NCBI GenBank assembly: GCA_902384935.1 | Contig: CABMDO010000013.1 | Location: 4,370-68,369, forward strand | Reading direction: 5' to 3' | From: Candidatus Norongarragalina meridionalis | GTDB taxonomy: Archaea; Micrarchaeota; Micrarchaeia; Norongarragalinales; Norongarragalinaceae | DNA length: 64,000 nucleotides | Part shown: piece after piece, positions 1 to 9,329 of the stretch | How positions within the stretch are numbered: the first letter of the stretch is position 1 | Layout of the letters: each line of letters starts with the position of its first letter | The notes under the pieces: generated by a model | Databases searched by the model: none | Told to the model about the DNA's origin: nothing | Seen by the model: only the letters and a program-made list of their open reading frames with translations | Program-made: the position numbers and the translations under genes

Positions 1-262
1 ACCGGGCGTCGCTTCCGACGTATACCCCGCCGGACATGAACTTTTCGATGCCGCCGCAGGAGGAAGAGTATGCGCCTACGAGCGGCGACGTCCTCCTCAC
101 CATTCTTGTGCTTCTGCTCGCGGTAATCCTGCCGATCGCGGTCCTTGCGCTGCTGGTTTACGCGGGATACCGAATCGTGAAGAAGTTGCGCGGGAGATAG
201 GAAACGCGCGTATGCGTTTGCATATGATTTAATAGCGATAATAGCGTACGATATTCGTTGCC

Positions 263-1804
263 ATGAGACTTGCGAAAAACGGTATCGGACTTTTTCTTTT
301 TTCCTTCCTCTTGTTTTCCGTCCTTGTTCACGACGGCGCGAGTGCGCCCGACAACGTTTGCACTCCCAAATTTACGGACACATCGCCAGGCAATTTGAAG
401 ATTTTCGACGCGCATGTTCACGTAACTTCGGACTACACTTCGGATTTTGTGATTTCGGAGATGGATCAGGCGGGGGTGAGCATGGCCCTCCTGTATCCGG
501 ATAACGACGCAAGATCATTGAACTATATCGCGCAGTATCCTGGCAGATTCTCCACCTTCGTTGCCTTTCCGGACAATCCGCCGTGGCTCGATGGCGGTCA
601 ACAATTCATCGACCATGTCAAAACGCAACTGGACACGGGAAGATTCACCGGAATAGGCGAGATTAACCTGAGATACTACAACGGCGCTTCCTATACCCCG
701 CCTCCGGACATCTACGTTCAACCCGACACGCCGTTAATGCTTCAGGTCGTGAATTTGTCGGCAATCTATCGCGTTCCCATCTCCTTCCACTTCGTACCCG
801 ACGATCCCGTTGCGAACGCCGCTCTGGAACGGATGTTCAGCTACAACGAAAATGCGACGTTCATCTGGTCCCATCTGGGATTCAACAATATGCCGCTCAA
901 CGCAGACACGCTCGATTACTATCTTATGCGCTACCCCAATTTGTATCTGGACACCGCCGGAATTCAGAACATGATGAACGACCCCGGCGCGCTTAATTCC
1001 AACTGGCGGGGAGTCTTCGTTAACCAAACCGACGGACGCCTCAATGCGCGATGGAAAGAGTTCTTCGAAACCTGGAACTCCCGAATCCTCTGGGCTACCG
1101 ATGCCGGCGGGGGCAACGATCCGAAGAGATGGTTCAACTACGCAAATAACACGGTTCAAGACGCTCCGCCAAATGCGGTGGGCCGTTGGAGGAGCGCCCT
1201 CGCCACTTTGGACTCCAATGCGGTTCGCAACGTCTTCAGCGCCAATGCCCGGGCGGTCATTCTAAAGGAAGCAAGGCCCGCTTACGATTACTCCGTTGCA
1301 TCGAACGGCAAGTGCTTTCCCGTAACCGTCAACTCTAATTCGTCCGTCTCCGCTCTAGATTTTGATCAGGCAACGAACACCATCACCTTCAAGACCGCCG
1401 ATTCCAGCGGAACTACGGGCTCTGCCGCGGTATCCATACCGACAGGGCTCCTAAACGGGACTTTCACGGTCCAGGTGAACGGCCATAACGTGCAATTCGG
1501 AGAGACGATCAGCCCCGCTTACGCCAACCTACGCATAACATACGGCGGGGGAGTAAACCTGATTGCCGTAACAGCAACGCCGTCGGTTAATCCGACCAGT
1601 CAAAACCCATCCCCGACCCCGCAACCAACTGCTACTGCCGCTCCGACCGTTGCTGCCACAAACCAAGCAACCGCTATTGCTTCGGTAAATCCGAACACGC
1701 AAGCGAACGGATTCGGCTGGGTTCCGATAGTCGGCGTCGTTGCGGTTATAGCTGTGATTGCAGCGGTTTATTTCGTTACGAGGAAGCCGCCGAACCGCAG
1801 ATAG
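263..1804 (+). CDS. Secreted, membrane-anchored amidohydrolase-2 (TIM-barrel metal-dependent hydrolase) family protein
   Basis: N-terminal signal peptide (MRLAKNGIGLFLFSFLLFSVLV). FDAHVHV metal-binding motif typical of Amidohydro_2. C-terminal Thr/Pro-rich linker (PTSQNPSPTPQPTATAAPT), TM helix and basic tail (RKPPNRR). GC3-rich codons. Confidence 0.6.
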   Translation: MRLAKNGIGLFLFSFLLFSVLVHDGASAPDNVCTPKFTDTSPGNLKIFDAHVHVTSDYTSDFVISEMDQAGVSMALLYPDNDARSLNYIAQYPGRFSTFVAFPDNPPWLDGGQQFIDHVKTQLDTGRFTGIGEINLRYYNGASYTPPPDIYVQPDTPLMLQVVNLSAIYRVPISFHFVPDDPVANAALERMFSYNENATFIWSHLGFNNMPLNADTLDYYLMRYPNLYLDTAGIQNMMNDPGALNSNWRGVFVNQTDGRLNARWKEFFETWNSRILWATDAGGGNDPKRWFNYANNTVQDAPPNAVGRWRSALATLDSNAVRNVFSANARAVILKEARPAYDYSVASNGKCFPVTVNSNSSVSALDFDQATNTITFKTADSSGTTGSAAVSIPTGLLNGTFTVQVNGHNVQFGETISPAYANLRITYGGGVNLIAVTATPSVNPTSQNPSPTPQPTATAAPTVAATNQATAIASVNPNTQANGFGWVPIVGVVAVIAVIAAVYFVTRKPPNRR

Positions 1805-1825
1805 CTGCGTTTACTTTTTTTGGGC
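1805..1825 (+). terminator. Oligo-T tract downstream of CDS (archaeal-type terminator)
   Basis: tttacttttttt immediately after the stop codon. Confidence 0.35.
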
Positions 1826-1893
1826 GGTGCCGGTTAACGCAAATGCTGTATCGTGAAGAAGCTGCGGGGCAAATAACCGCCCCCAGCCTCGCT

Positions 1894-1904
1894 GATTATA
1901 AACG
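1894..1904 (+). promoter_or_regulatory. TATA-like box (gattataaacg) about 25-30 nt upstream of tRNA-Leu
   Basis: AT-rich TTATAAA element in an otherwise GC-rich spacer at the expected distance from the tRNA 5' end. Confidence 0.35.
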
Positions 1905-1927
1905 CTGGCAGTCATTTCCTATTCGAA

Positions 1928-2011
1928 GCAGGGGTGGCAGAGCTTGGAAAATGCGGCAGGTTTAGAGCCTGCTCCCTTAGGGGTTCAAGAGTTCAAATCT
2001 CTTCCCCTGCA
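1928..2011 (+). tRNA. tRNA-Leu (anticodon UAG), type II with long variable arm, no encoded CCA
   Basis: Hand-folded: acceptor GCAGGGG/CCCCTGC, 3-bp D stem, anticodon stem GCAGG/CCTGC with loop TTTAGAG (anticodon TAG), variable arm CCC-TTA-GGG, T arm AAGAG-TTCAAAT-CTCTT, discriminator A, followed by a T-tract. Confidence 0.8.
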
Positions 2012-2019
2012 CTTTTTAT

Positions 2020-2496
2020 TTACGCCAGCTGCTCTTCCGTGAACACGCGCTCGCAATACTCGCAGCGCACCTTCAACGGCGACTGCTGCTCGACGCGCAG
2101 CCTGGGAGTTCCCTCGCGGTTCGAGATGCAGATGGCGTTCGGGCAGCGGATTATCCCTTCGAGTTTCTCGGGCAGCTTGACGGCGTGCTTCTTCACGACG
2201 TGGTAGTCCTTGACGATGTTGACTGTTGCGTGCGGGGAGACGAGCGCTATCTTGTTAATCTCCGCCTCGGCCATCACCTTTCCCTCTATTTTGATGATGT
2301 CCTTGAGCCCGAACTTCGCGCTCGGGATGTTCATGATGATGCTTACCGTGCCCGGAAAAGTGGAATCGATTCCCAGAAGTTTCAGGATTGCGGGCGCCTT
2401 GCCGGCGTTGACGTGGTCTATGACTACGCCGTTCTCGATTTTCTTGACACGCATCTCGCCTTCCCTTTCCTTTTTGTCGGTAGTCATTGGCATCAT
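2020..2496 (-). CDS. pyrI: Aspartate carbamoyltransferase regulatory subunit PyrI
   Basis: IENGVVIDHV N-terminal core and a C-terminal zinc domain with CxxC...CxxC (CPNAIC...CEYC). Start ATG overlaps the pyrB stop (ATGA); an alternative internal start at 2454 (MRVKK) is possible. Confidence 0.85.
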   Translation of the reverse strand: MMPMTTDKKEREGEMRVKKIENGVVIDHVNAGKAPAILKLLGIDSTFPGTVSIIMNIPSAKFGLKDIIKIEGKVMAEAEINKIALVSPHATVNIVKDYHVVKKHAVKLPEKLEGIIRCPNAICISNREGTPRLRVEQQSPLKVRCEYCERVFTEEQLA

Positions 2497-3404
2497 CTCC
2501 CCGTCATGACGAGCGAGAGCAGCGCCATTCGCACCGCAATCCCGTTCGCCTCCTGCCTGAAGTACTTTGCACGCTTGTCCGCGTCAACCTCGGTCGCGAT
2601 TTCGTCGACGCGGGGAAGCGGATGCATGATAATCGCGTCCTCCTTCATCGTGCCGATTTTTTCGGCGTCGAGGACGTAGGCGCTCTGCGCGTATTCCGTC
2701 GGGTCGGCGAATCTTTCCTTCTGTATCCGCGTCGCGTACACCACGTCCGCCTGGCTCAAGTCCATCGAGGGAATCTCGCGTATCTTCACGGATTCCTTGA
2801 GCTCCGCGTACATCCACGCGGGGAAGCGGAGCTGCGCGGGCGAGTGGAGCGTTATGGTGACGTCCTCGAACTGCGACAGCGCGTAGGCGAGCGAGTGCAC
2901 CGTGCGCCCGTATTTCAAATCGCCGAGCAGGAGCACGTTCAGTCCGTCGATTTTCTTCTTCTGCTGCTTGATGGTGTACAAATCGAGAAGTGCCTGCGTC
3001 GGGTGCTGGTTGCTCCCGTCGCCTGCGTTGATGAACGGGACGTCGCTTGATTCTGCTGCGCGCCGTGCGGAGCCCTCGTTCGGATGGCGCATAACAATCG
3101 CATCGGAACATTCGTGCACGAGCTTTATCATGTCCCAGAGCGTCTCTCCCTTCGCCGCGCTCGTGCTTTTAGGTTCGGCGGTGCCGATTACCGTGCCTCC
3201 GAGCCGGAGCATCGCGGTTTGGAACGAAAACATAGTTCTCGTGGAAGGCTCGAAGAAAAGAGTTGCGAGAATCTTGCCCTTGAGAATCGGATCATACCCT
3301 CTTCCGCGGGATATCTTCTCCATCTTCTCGGAAAGCGCGAGAACCTCCTCCATGTCCTTTCGCGTGAACTCCCGCATCGTTATGACGTCGCGTCCCTTCC
3401 ACAT
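2493..3404 (-). CDS. pyrB: Aspartate carbamoyltransferase catalytic subunit PyrB
   Basis: STRTR-like motif (EPSTRTMFSFQ), HPxQ (HPTQALLD) and HPLP motifs. Start chosen at MWKGRD (3402-3404), preceded by a strong GGAGGTGGTG SD. The ORF-track extension to 3563 is rejected. Confidence 0.85.
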   Translation of the reverse strand: MWKGRDVITMREFTRKDMEEVLALSEKMEKISRGRGYDPILKGKILATLFFEPSTRTMFSFQTAMLRLGGTVIGTAEPKSTSAAKGETLWDMIKLVHECSDAIVMRHPNEGSARRAAESSDVPFINAGDGSNQHPTQALLDLYTIKQQKKKIDGLNVLLLGDLKYGRTVHSLAYALSQFEDVTITLHSPAQLRFPAWMYAELKESVKIREIPSMDLSQADVVYATRIQKERFADPTEYAQSAYVLDAEKIGTMKEDAIIMHPLPRVDEIATEVDADKRAKYFRQEANGIAVRMALLSLVMTGR

Positions 3405-3541
3405 GCGCCCACCACCTCCTTCCAAAAGCGTTTCCTGATTTAAAATCCTTTCCGCCAGCCCCAGCGACAACGTTATTAATACCGCCAACCGAATACCTTT
3501 CTCAGTACCATTTTTAGCCCGCAGGACTGAAATTCGAACAA

Positions 3542-3614
3542 AGCCCCGTCGTCTAGCGGTCAAGGACGAAGGCCTTTGAAGCCTTTTACGGCAGTTCGAA
3601 TCTGCCCGGGGCTA
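3542..3614 (+). tRNA. tRNA-Gln (anticodon UUG), no encoded CCA
   Basis: Hand-folded: acceptor AGCCCCG/CGGGGCT, D arm GTCT-AGCGGTCAA-GGAC, anticodon arm AAGGC-CTTTGAA-GCCTT (anticodon TTG), 4-nt variable, T arm GGCAG-TTCGAAT-CTGCC, discriminator A. Confidence 0.75.
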
Positions 3615-3639
3615 TAGTATTTGAACAGGTGAAATCGAT

Positions 3640-3843
3640 TTGGGAAGAATGAAAGGAAAGCACACGCGGTCCGTAGCCAAGGACTTGATCGAGAAGTACC
3701 CCGGCAAGTTCTCCGACAATTTCGAGGAGAACAAGAAGCATCTCGCGGAGCTCAACATGCTCGGCGACATGAAGGACGAACGCAACAAGCTCGGCGGCGA
3801 GCTGACTACCCGCATCAAGCGCAGCAAAAGAAAGGAAGACTAA
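3640..3843 (+). CDS. rps17e: 30S ribosomal protein S17e
   Basis: 67 aa. MGRMKGKHTRSVAKDLIEKYPGKFSDNFEENKK matches the S17e N-terminal consensus (MG..R.K.vK..a..iiEkY...f..dF..NK). Confidence 0.8.
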   Translation: MGRMKGKHTRSVAKDLIEKYPGKFSDNFEENKKHLAELNMLGDMKDERNKLGGELTTRIKRSKRKED

Positions 3844-3844
3844 A

Positions 3845-4369
3845 CTACTTTTCCGCAGTCTTGCGCCGTTCGCGGTTTCCGCACACAGGGCAGACGCATT
3901 CGTCGCCCTTTATTTCCATCCAGCTCCTGCAGCGGGTGCACGCCGGCTTTATGATGCCCAGCTCGCGGTCCGCTATGGTGACGTGAATGCCGAGCGGCGA
4001 CACTTCCTTGACGCGCGCCCTCACCATGTCCCCGATGCGTATGTATTCGCGGAACGTTTCGGCGTAGCCCCGCCTGACCTCGGAGATGCGCAGATAGCAG
4101 TAAGTCGAATGCGCGCCGAGGTGCGGGTTCACCGCCTCGAACTGTATGAGCGCAACCGCGTCGTAGACGTCCATCACCTTTCCGTAGACGATGTCGCCCC
4201 TCGCGAGCCCGCGCACGCCCCTGCCGTTGACGCCGACGATGCGCTTCTGGGCGTTTTCGCTTTTCGTGCCGACTATGCTGGCGTAGACGAAGTCGCCCTC
4301 CTCGTACGTGCCTTCGGCCGGAGCGAATTCCTCTATGCCGCAGACTTCATCTCCGGGTACAAGCGTCAT
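3845..4369 (-). CDS. csl4: Exosome complex RNA-binding protein Csl4 (N-domain + S1 + Zn-ribbon)
   Basis: S1-like core (GDIVYGKVMDV...) and a C-terminal 4-Cys zinc ribbon (CTRCRSW...CVCPVCG). Size 174 aa, typical of archaeal Csl4. Confidence 0.6.
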   Translation of the reverse strand: MTLVPGDEVCGIEEFAPAEGTYEEGDFVYASIVGTKSENAQKRIVGVNGRGVRGLARGDIVYGKVMDVYDAVALIQFEAVNPHLGAHSTYCYLRISEVRRGYAETFREYIRIGDMVRARVKEVSPLGIHVTIADRELGIIKPACTRCRSWMEIKGDECVCPVCGNRERRKTAEK

Positions 4370-4740
4370 TTGCTTTCCTCGCGCATCGCCATCAGGCTCT
4401 TCATCAAGTCGTCGGCGCTTTCAACGTTCTTCTTCATGACGGGCACGGTCTCCTCGTCTTCCGGCTCCATAGCCTTCGCTTCCTTCTCCATCCTGTCGCT
4501 CTCCCTCTCCGCCTTCTTCAGAACTGGGTGCGACGCGCCGTGGTCCTCCTTCATCTGGGAGACTATCTCGTCCATCTCGTTCGAGATGTGAAGCACTATC
4601 GTCTTGACGACGGTGTTCGGTTCAACGGGCTTGTCCGTGTTCACCGCGTCCTTGAGAATGCCTATGAGTTCGTTCAGTCCTTCGAGCCTTCCGCGGATGT
4701 ATGCTTCTCGCGGCGTAGAGTCGTCGTCCATAAATTCCAC
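4366..4740 (-). CDS. Hypothetical acidic protein, translationally coupled (ATGA overlap) to csl4
   Basis: 124-aa ORF, GC3-rich, with no motif I recognise. Its stop overlaps the csl4 start. Confidence 0.4.
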   Translation of the reverse strand: MEFMDDDSTPREAYIRGRLEGLNELIGILKDAVNTDKPVEPNTVVKTIVLHISNEMDEIVSQMKEDHGASHPVLKKAERESDRMEKEAKAMEPEDEETVPVMKKNVESADDLMKSLMAMREESK

Positions 4741-4811
4741 CTCTTATCTATCAGCGCTTATTCGTTTTAAAGGTTGCCTTAATCGTTTTTAGTGCAGGTT
4801 TTGCGAGCGCA

Positions 4812-6119
4812 TCAGCGCGAGCAAAAAGTGCTTTTGATGCGTGCTGCAGCTTCGGCTACCGACAGCAGTTCCTCCTTTCCCGACGCCATGTCGCGCAGTT
4901 TCACGCTTTTCTGCTTGAGTTCCGCCTCGCCCACCAGCACGGCGTACGGTATTCCCTCCTTCGCCGCGTATTCGAGGCAGCGCGAAACCCCGCGGTCGTT
5001 CAAGTCGATAGCCGTAGGGACGCCCATGCGGCGGAGTTCCTGCGCGGCTTTTGCGGCAGCCGCCCCTGTTTTAATGGGAATCACGAAGGCGCGCACTACC
5101 GTCTTCTTTTCCTTCGTTCCGTCGGCGAGCGCCTCTCCGATTACATCCAAGCCGAAGGATATTCCGACGGCGGGCATATCCTCGCCGCGTCCCGCGAAAG
5201 CGCCCACGAGCTTGTCGTATCTTCCGCCCGCGGCGATGCTCGACGTGATTGCGCCCTCGGTAAGGAAAGCCTCGAACACCGTTCCCGTGTAATAGGAAAG
5301 CCCGCGCGCCAGCGACGGGTCTGCTGCTACGAAGTCCTCGCGAACCCCGAACGCGGCGCAGTACTGCATCACGTCGCGCAGTTCCTTCAAACCCGCGTCC
5401 TCGGCGCCCACAATCGAAGCGAGCTTGTCGATGATTTCGTCGTTGCCCTTTTTGGCGAAGGAGTCGAACATGGCGAGGATTTCCTCGGCGCTTTTAGCCT
5501 CCACGCCGCGCTCGAAAAGTTCGGCGCGCACGCCTTCCTTGCCTATCTTCGCCAGCTTGTCGAGCGAAAGTATCGCGTCGGGTTGCTTGGCGGAAGGAAC
5601 TCCCGCTTTCAGGAGAAGCGCGTCCAGCAATTTGCGGTTGTTTATTTTTATGAACGTCTTCATTCCCAACGAATCAAAAGCGTCCTGAGTCAGCGCGATA
5701 AGTTCCGCGTCCGCTATCATTCCCTTTGCCCCGATGGTGTCGACGTCGCACTGGACGAATTCCCTGTAGCGGCCCGCCTTGATGGGCCCGTCGCGCCATA
5801 CGCTCGCAATCTGGTAGCGCTTGAAAGGAAGGGTCATGCGGGGGTTGGAAGCGACGACGCGGCAGAGCGGCACAGTCAAATCGTAGCGCAGCCCCAAGTC
5901 GCGCTTCCCCTGGTCCGTGAGCTTGTAGGTTTCCTTCAGTATCTCGTCGCCTCCCGCGTACTTCGACGAAAGCACCTCGAAGTTCTCGAGCGCAGGGGTT
6001 TCGAGCGGGTTGAACCCGTACGCCTCGAAGACGCGCCGCAGCTTCTCTATAACCGCGTCGCGCGCTATCTTTTTTTCGGGCAGGAAGTCCCTGCATCCCC
6101 GAACCGGCGTAAGGTCCAT
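4812..6119 (-). CDS. hisS: Histidyl-tRNA synthetase
   Basis: Class II aaRS motifs. Canonical HisRS N-terminus MDLTPVRGCRDFLPE, motif 2 region and GGRYD motif 3 (AAGGRYDKL). Start set at MDL (6117-6119). The ORF-track extension to 6194 overlaps tRNA-His and is rejected. Confidence 0.85.
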   Translation of the reverse strand: MDLTPVRGCRDFLPEKKIARDAVIEKLRRVFEAYGFNPLETPALENFEVLSSKYAGGDEILKETYKLTDQGKRDLGLRYDLTVPLCRVVASNPRMTLPFKRYQIASVWRDGPIKAGRYREFVQCDVDTIGAKGMIADAELIALTQDAFDSLGMKTFIKINNRKLLDALLLKAGVPSAKQPDAILSLDKLAKIGKEGVRAELFERGVEAKSAEEILAMFDSFAKKGNDEIIDKLASIVGAEDAGLKELRDVMQYCAAFGVREDFVAADPSLARGLSYYTGTVFEAFLTEGAITSSIAAGGRYDKLVGAFAGRGEDMPAVGISFGLDVIGEALADGTKEKKTVVRAFVIPIKTGAAAAKAAQELRRMGVPTAIDLNDRGVSRCLEYAAKEGIPYAVLVGEAELKQKSVKLRDMASGKEELLSVAEAAARIKSTFCSR

Positions 6120-6156
6120 TTCAACGTTCAACTCCAACTGCGGGGTAATTCGGAGG

Positions 6157-6232
6157 GCGCAGAGCGAGATTTGAACTCGCGTCGCAAGCTCCACAGGCTC
6201 GAATCCTAGACCAGGCTAGACGATCTGCGCCA
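6157..6232 (-). tRNA. tRNA-His (anticodon GUG) with genomically encoded G-1, no encoded CCA
   Basis: Hand-folded on the minus strand: G-1 + acceptor GCGCAGA/TCTGCGC + discriminator C73 pairing with G-1. Anticodon arm CGAGC-CTGTGGA-GCTTG (anticodon GTG), T arm GCGAG-TTCAAAT-CTCGC. The D arm is weak (two G-U pairs). Confidence 0.7.
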
Positions 6233-6308
6233 CAGAAGTCGGAACGGTTATACGCGAGGCTAGTTACGGGAAGGCACACGTCAATGAAGTAAACCGCCTT
6301 TCACATTC

Positions 6309-6320
6309 CTCACGCAAGGT
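6309..6320 (+). promoter_or_regulatory. TATA box (ggtattatattt) for pheT, leaderless configuration
   Basis: AT-rich element about 30 nt upstream of the pheT ATG. Confidence 0.4.
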
Positions 6321-6350
6321 ATTATATTTCGGAATTTGGTATTTAAACGC

Positions 6351-7973
6351 ATGGTTTCGGTTTCCGTCTCAAAATCGTGGCTTCTGTCGCGATTGAAGGG
6401 AATCACAGAATCGCAGCTTCTCGACAAGCTGCCCGACGTGAAGGCGACGGTCGAGGCTGGCAACGGCGATGAAATGACGCTCGAGGTTACGCCCGACCGC
6501 CCCGACCTGCTCTGCCGCGAGGGAATATTGCGTTCGCTGAAGGGTTTGTTCGAGAAGGAGACGGGTTTGCCTCTGCTTAAAATCGAAAAAGGCAAGGCGG
6601 TCATGAAAGTGGACGCCTCGGTGAAGGCGGTACGCCCTTTCATATGCTGCGCTTTTGCGCGCGGACTGAAAATAACCGCCGGCGACGTCGGGGAAATCAT
6701 GCAGGTGCAGGAGAAGCTTACGTTGACGCACGGACGCAGGCGCAAGAAAGTCGCGATAGGCGTCCACGATGCGGCGAAGACGAAGCCGCCCTTTGAATAC
6801 CGCGCTGTCGCCCCCGACTCTGTCAAGTTCGTTCCACTCAGCTGGGCTCGAGAGGCGACTCCGGGGCAGATTCTATCGCAGCACGACAAGGGCAAGGAAT
6901 ATGCGTTCGCTCTTGCGGACAAAAAACGCTGCCCCGTAATCACGGACGCGCACGGCGTGGTTTCGTTCCCGCCCATCATCAACGCCGCCCGCACTACGGT
7001 GACGGAAAAGACGACGGATTTGTTCCTCGACGTGACGGGCACGGATTACGACGCCTGCAATGCGGCGCTGAACATCCTGTGCCAGAATTTCTCGGACGAC
7101 GGGGCGCGTATAGAGAGCGTCTCAATTGCCGGCAAGGAAACGCCGGAAACCGCGCCAGAAACAATGCTTCTTTCAGTTGACGGCACTAACAAGACTCTGG
7201 GCACTTCGTTCACCGCTTCGGAGATGGCACGCTACCTGGCGAGGCAACGCATCGCGGCGGTTGAAGCGAAGAAAGGCGTCCTGAAATGCTCGATTCCGCG
7301 ATATCGCGCCGACTTCCTGCACGAGGCGGACTTAATCGAGGAAGTGGCGCTCGGCTACGGTTACAATTCATTCGCTCCGAAGAAACCGTCAGTTTTCACG
7401 TTAGGTTCGCTCAGCAAGAAAACGCTGTTCGAGGAAAAGGCGCGCGACCTGCTAGTGGGCGCGGGCTACGCCGAGCTGATGACGTACGTGCTCTCGAACG
7501 AGGAGAAGGCGTTCAAATCCCTCGCGGAAAAAAATCTCGTTCGCATCAAGAACCCCGTAAGCAAGGAATATTCCGCATTGCGTTCCACAATCATGCCCTC
7601 GCTTCTCGAAGTGCTGTCGGAAAATACGCATTCATCGTATCCTCAGCGCGTCTTCGAAGCGGGCGAGGTTGTTGAAAAGGATTCTTCGCGCGACACGAAA
7701 TCCGCGGAGCACACGCATCTTTGCGCTTTGAACGCGCACGCCGACGCGTCGCTAAGCGAGTCCGCTTCGGTTCTGCGCAAGGCGTGCGTCAGCCTTTTCG
7801 GAAAGGCGCCCTCTTTCGAGCAAGCCTCCGCGCCGCAGTTCCTGGCAGGAAGGCAGGCGCGCGTGATGCTTGACGGAAAAATGATAGGCGTAGTCGGCGA
7901 GCTGCACCCGCAGGTTCTGCTCAACTGGGGAATCACGGTCCCGTGCTCGGGATTCGAAGTGAGGCTTTTCTAG
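6351..7973 (+). CDS. pheT: Phenylalanyl-tRNA synthetase beta subunit (archaeal type)
   Basis: About 540 aa with B3/4-like and B5 domain signatures. C-terminal class II-like catalytic fold typical of the archaeal PheT architecture. ATG at 6351 lies about 30 nt downstream of ttatattt (leaderless). The track start 6336 is a TTG. Confidence 0.8.
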   Translation: MVSVSVSKSWLLSRLKGITESQLLDKLPDVKATVEAGNGDEMTLEVTPDRPDLLCREGILRSLKGLFEKETGLPLLKIEKGKAVMKVDASVKAVRPFICCAFARGLKITAGDVGEIMQVQEKLTLTHGRRRKKVAIGVHDAAKTKPPFEYRAVAPDSVKFVPLSWAREATPGQILSQHDKGKEYAFALADKKRCPVITDAHGVVSFPPIINAARTTVTEKTTDLFLDVTGTDYDACNAALNILCQNFSDDGARIESVSIAGKETPETAPETMLLSVDGTNKTLGTSFTASEMARYLARQRIAAVEAKKGVLKCSIPRYRADFLHEADLIEEVALGYGYNSFAPKKPSVFTLGSLSKKTLFEEKARDLLVGAGYAELMTYVLSNEEKAFKSLAEKNLVRIKNPVSKEYSALRSTIMPSLLEVLSENTHSSYPQRVFEAGEVVEKDSSRDTKSAEHTHLCALNAHADASLSESASVLRKACVSLFGKAPSFEQASAPQFLAGRQARVMLDGKMIGVVGELHPQVLLNWGITVPCSGFEVRLF

Positions 7974-7976
7974 AAC

Positions 7977-8567
7977 ATGTTTGAACAGCTGATTCCCGCA
8001 TTCATAATGCTCTTCGTGGTAATGGACCCCTTCTCCAGCATCGGGCCGTTCCTCGCGCTCACAAAGGGATTCAAGGATGAGCAGCGCGTGAAGTCCGCGA
8101 ACGAGGCCGCCGTAGTCGCGGCGTTGCTCATGGTTCCGTTCATATTCTTCGGCATGAACGTGCTCTCGATGCTCGGCATCTCGCTCGCTTCCTTCAAGAT
8201 AGGCGGCGGCATCGTGCTCGCTCTCCTGGGTTTGCAAATCGTGCTCGGTTTCTCGCTTTCGAAGGACGAGAAAAAGCCCACGGGAACCGCGGTGGCAATC
8301 ATCATCGCCACGCCCATGCTCACCGGCCCCGGAGTGCTCGTTACCGTGATTTTCCTGAAGGCGCAATACGGGCTTCCGGTTGCGATTCTTGCGTCGTTAA
8401 TCTCGCTCTCGCTGAGCTGGCTGCTCATCCGCAACGCCCACCGCATCCAGCAGAAAGTCGGAAGCAACGTCATCGAGATTTTCTCGAAAATCATGGGGCT
8501 GCTGCTCGTGGCGCTGGCGATCGAATTCATAAGCAGCGGGATAATGATATTCGCGAAGGGCGGCTAG
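7977..8567 (+). CDS. MarC-family (UPF0056) integral membrane protein
   Basis: 196 aa with about 6 TM segments. Conserved MarC-like N-terminus (FIMLFVVMDPFSSIGPFLALT). Confidence 0.65.
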   Translation: MFEQLIPAFIMLFVVMDPFSSIGPFLALTKGFKDEQRVKSANEAAVVAALLMVPFIFFGMNVLSMLGISLASFKIGGGIVLALLGLQIVLGFSLSKDEKKPTGTAVAIIIATPMLTGPGVLVTVIFLKAQYGLPVAILASLISLSLSWLLIRNAHRIQQKVGSNVIEIFSKIMGLLLVALAIEFISSGIMIFAKGG

Positions 8568-8573
8568 CGTTTT

Positions 8574-9245
8574 TCAGCGCAGGATTTTCTTAAGATCGCT
8601 TACGTCCTTCAGCACGTAGTCGGGCTTCGGGCCTTTTTGCTTGCGAACTTCCCCGTATTTCGCGTGCGCGGTTTTCATGCCCGCCCGCGCCGCGCCTTTC
8701 ACGTCGCGTTCAAGTGAATCGCCTACGAAAAGTATTTCCGACGGCGAAACGCCCTTCATTTTTTTCAGGGCGGCGGCGAACGGAAGGGCGCTGGGCTTGC
8801 GCTTGCGCGTGTCCTCGAACGAGACGACGAAGTCGAACGCACGCTCGAGATTCATCGCGGCGAGCCGCATCCACGCCTGCATGCGCGGCGCGTCCGTTAC
8901 GATTCCGAGTTTGTAGCCGCGGGCGCGCAGGGCAGCCAGCGTGTCCGCCACGTTCGGATACGGGTACAGGAACCCCTCTTTTACTTTCTTGTACGCCACC
9001 ACTCCCTTGGCAAGAATCGCGTAGTCGACGCGCCCGGTTTCCTGCTTCAGGAATTTCTGGAATATCCGCTGGTCCTCGAGCCCGTGCCTGTAATAGAGCG
9101 CGAACATCCTGCGCACCGCTTTTTCGCGCGGCGTCCGCAATCCCGCGGAGCGCATGCCGTTGACGGCGGCGTCCACGCACGCGCGCTTCATCGCCATGAA
9201 GTCGATGAGCGTGTTGTCCAAGTCGAAGAGCACGGCGCGAATCAT
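8574..9245 (-). CDS. HAD-superfamily hydrolase (phosphatase)
   Basis: Motif [10 protein letters not shown] (DxDxT). Motif [12 protein letters not shown]. Size 223 aa. Confidence 0.8.
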   Translation of the reverse strand: MIRAVLFDLDNTLIDFMAMKRACVDAAVNGMRSAGLRTPREKAVRRMFALYYRHGLEDQRIFQKFLKQETGRVDYAILAKGVVAYKKVKEGFLYPYPNVADTLAALRARGYKLGIVTDAPRMQAWMRLAAMNLERAFDFVVSFEDTRKRKPSALPFAAALKKMKGVSPSEILFVGDSLERDVKGAARAGMKTAHAKYGEVRKQKGPKPDYVLKDVSDLKKILR

Positions 9246-9329
9246 GAGCGCAGAACTGCGGCGATTTTATTAACCGTTTGCTTCCTTCGCTCCGTTTGCT
9301 TTAAAAACCGCGTTGCATTAATCGCTGCG

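Noticed and set aside
3405-3563. N-terminal extension of the pyrB ORF
   Set aside because: PyrB homology begins at MWKGRD, which has a strong upstream SD. The extension has no conservation.
6120-6194. N-terminal extension of the hisS ORF
   Set aside because: It overlaps tRNA-His on the same strand. HisRS homology begins at MDLTPVRG.
9084-9329. N-terminal 82 aa of the track ORF 9084-10196
   Set aside because: It overlaps the convergent HAD hydrolase gene and is Arg/His-rich. An in-frame GTG at 9330 yields a proper signal peptide.
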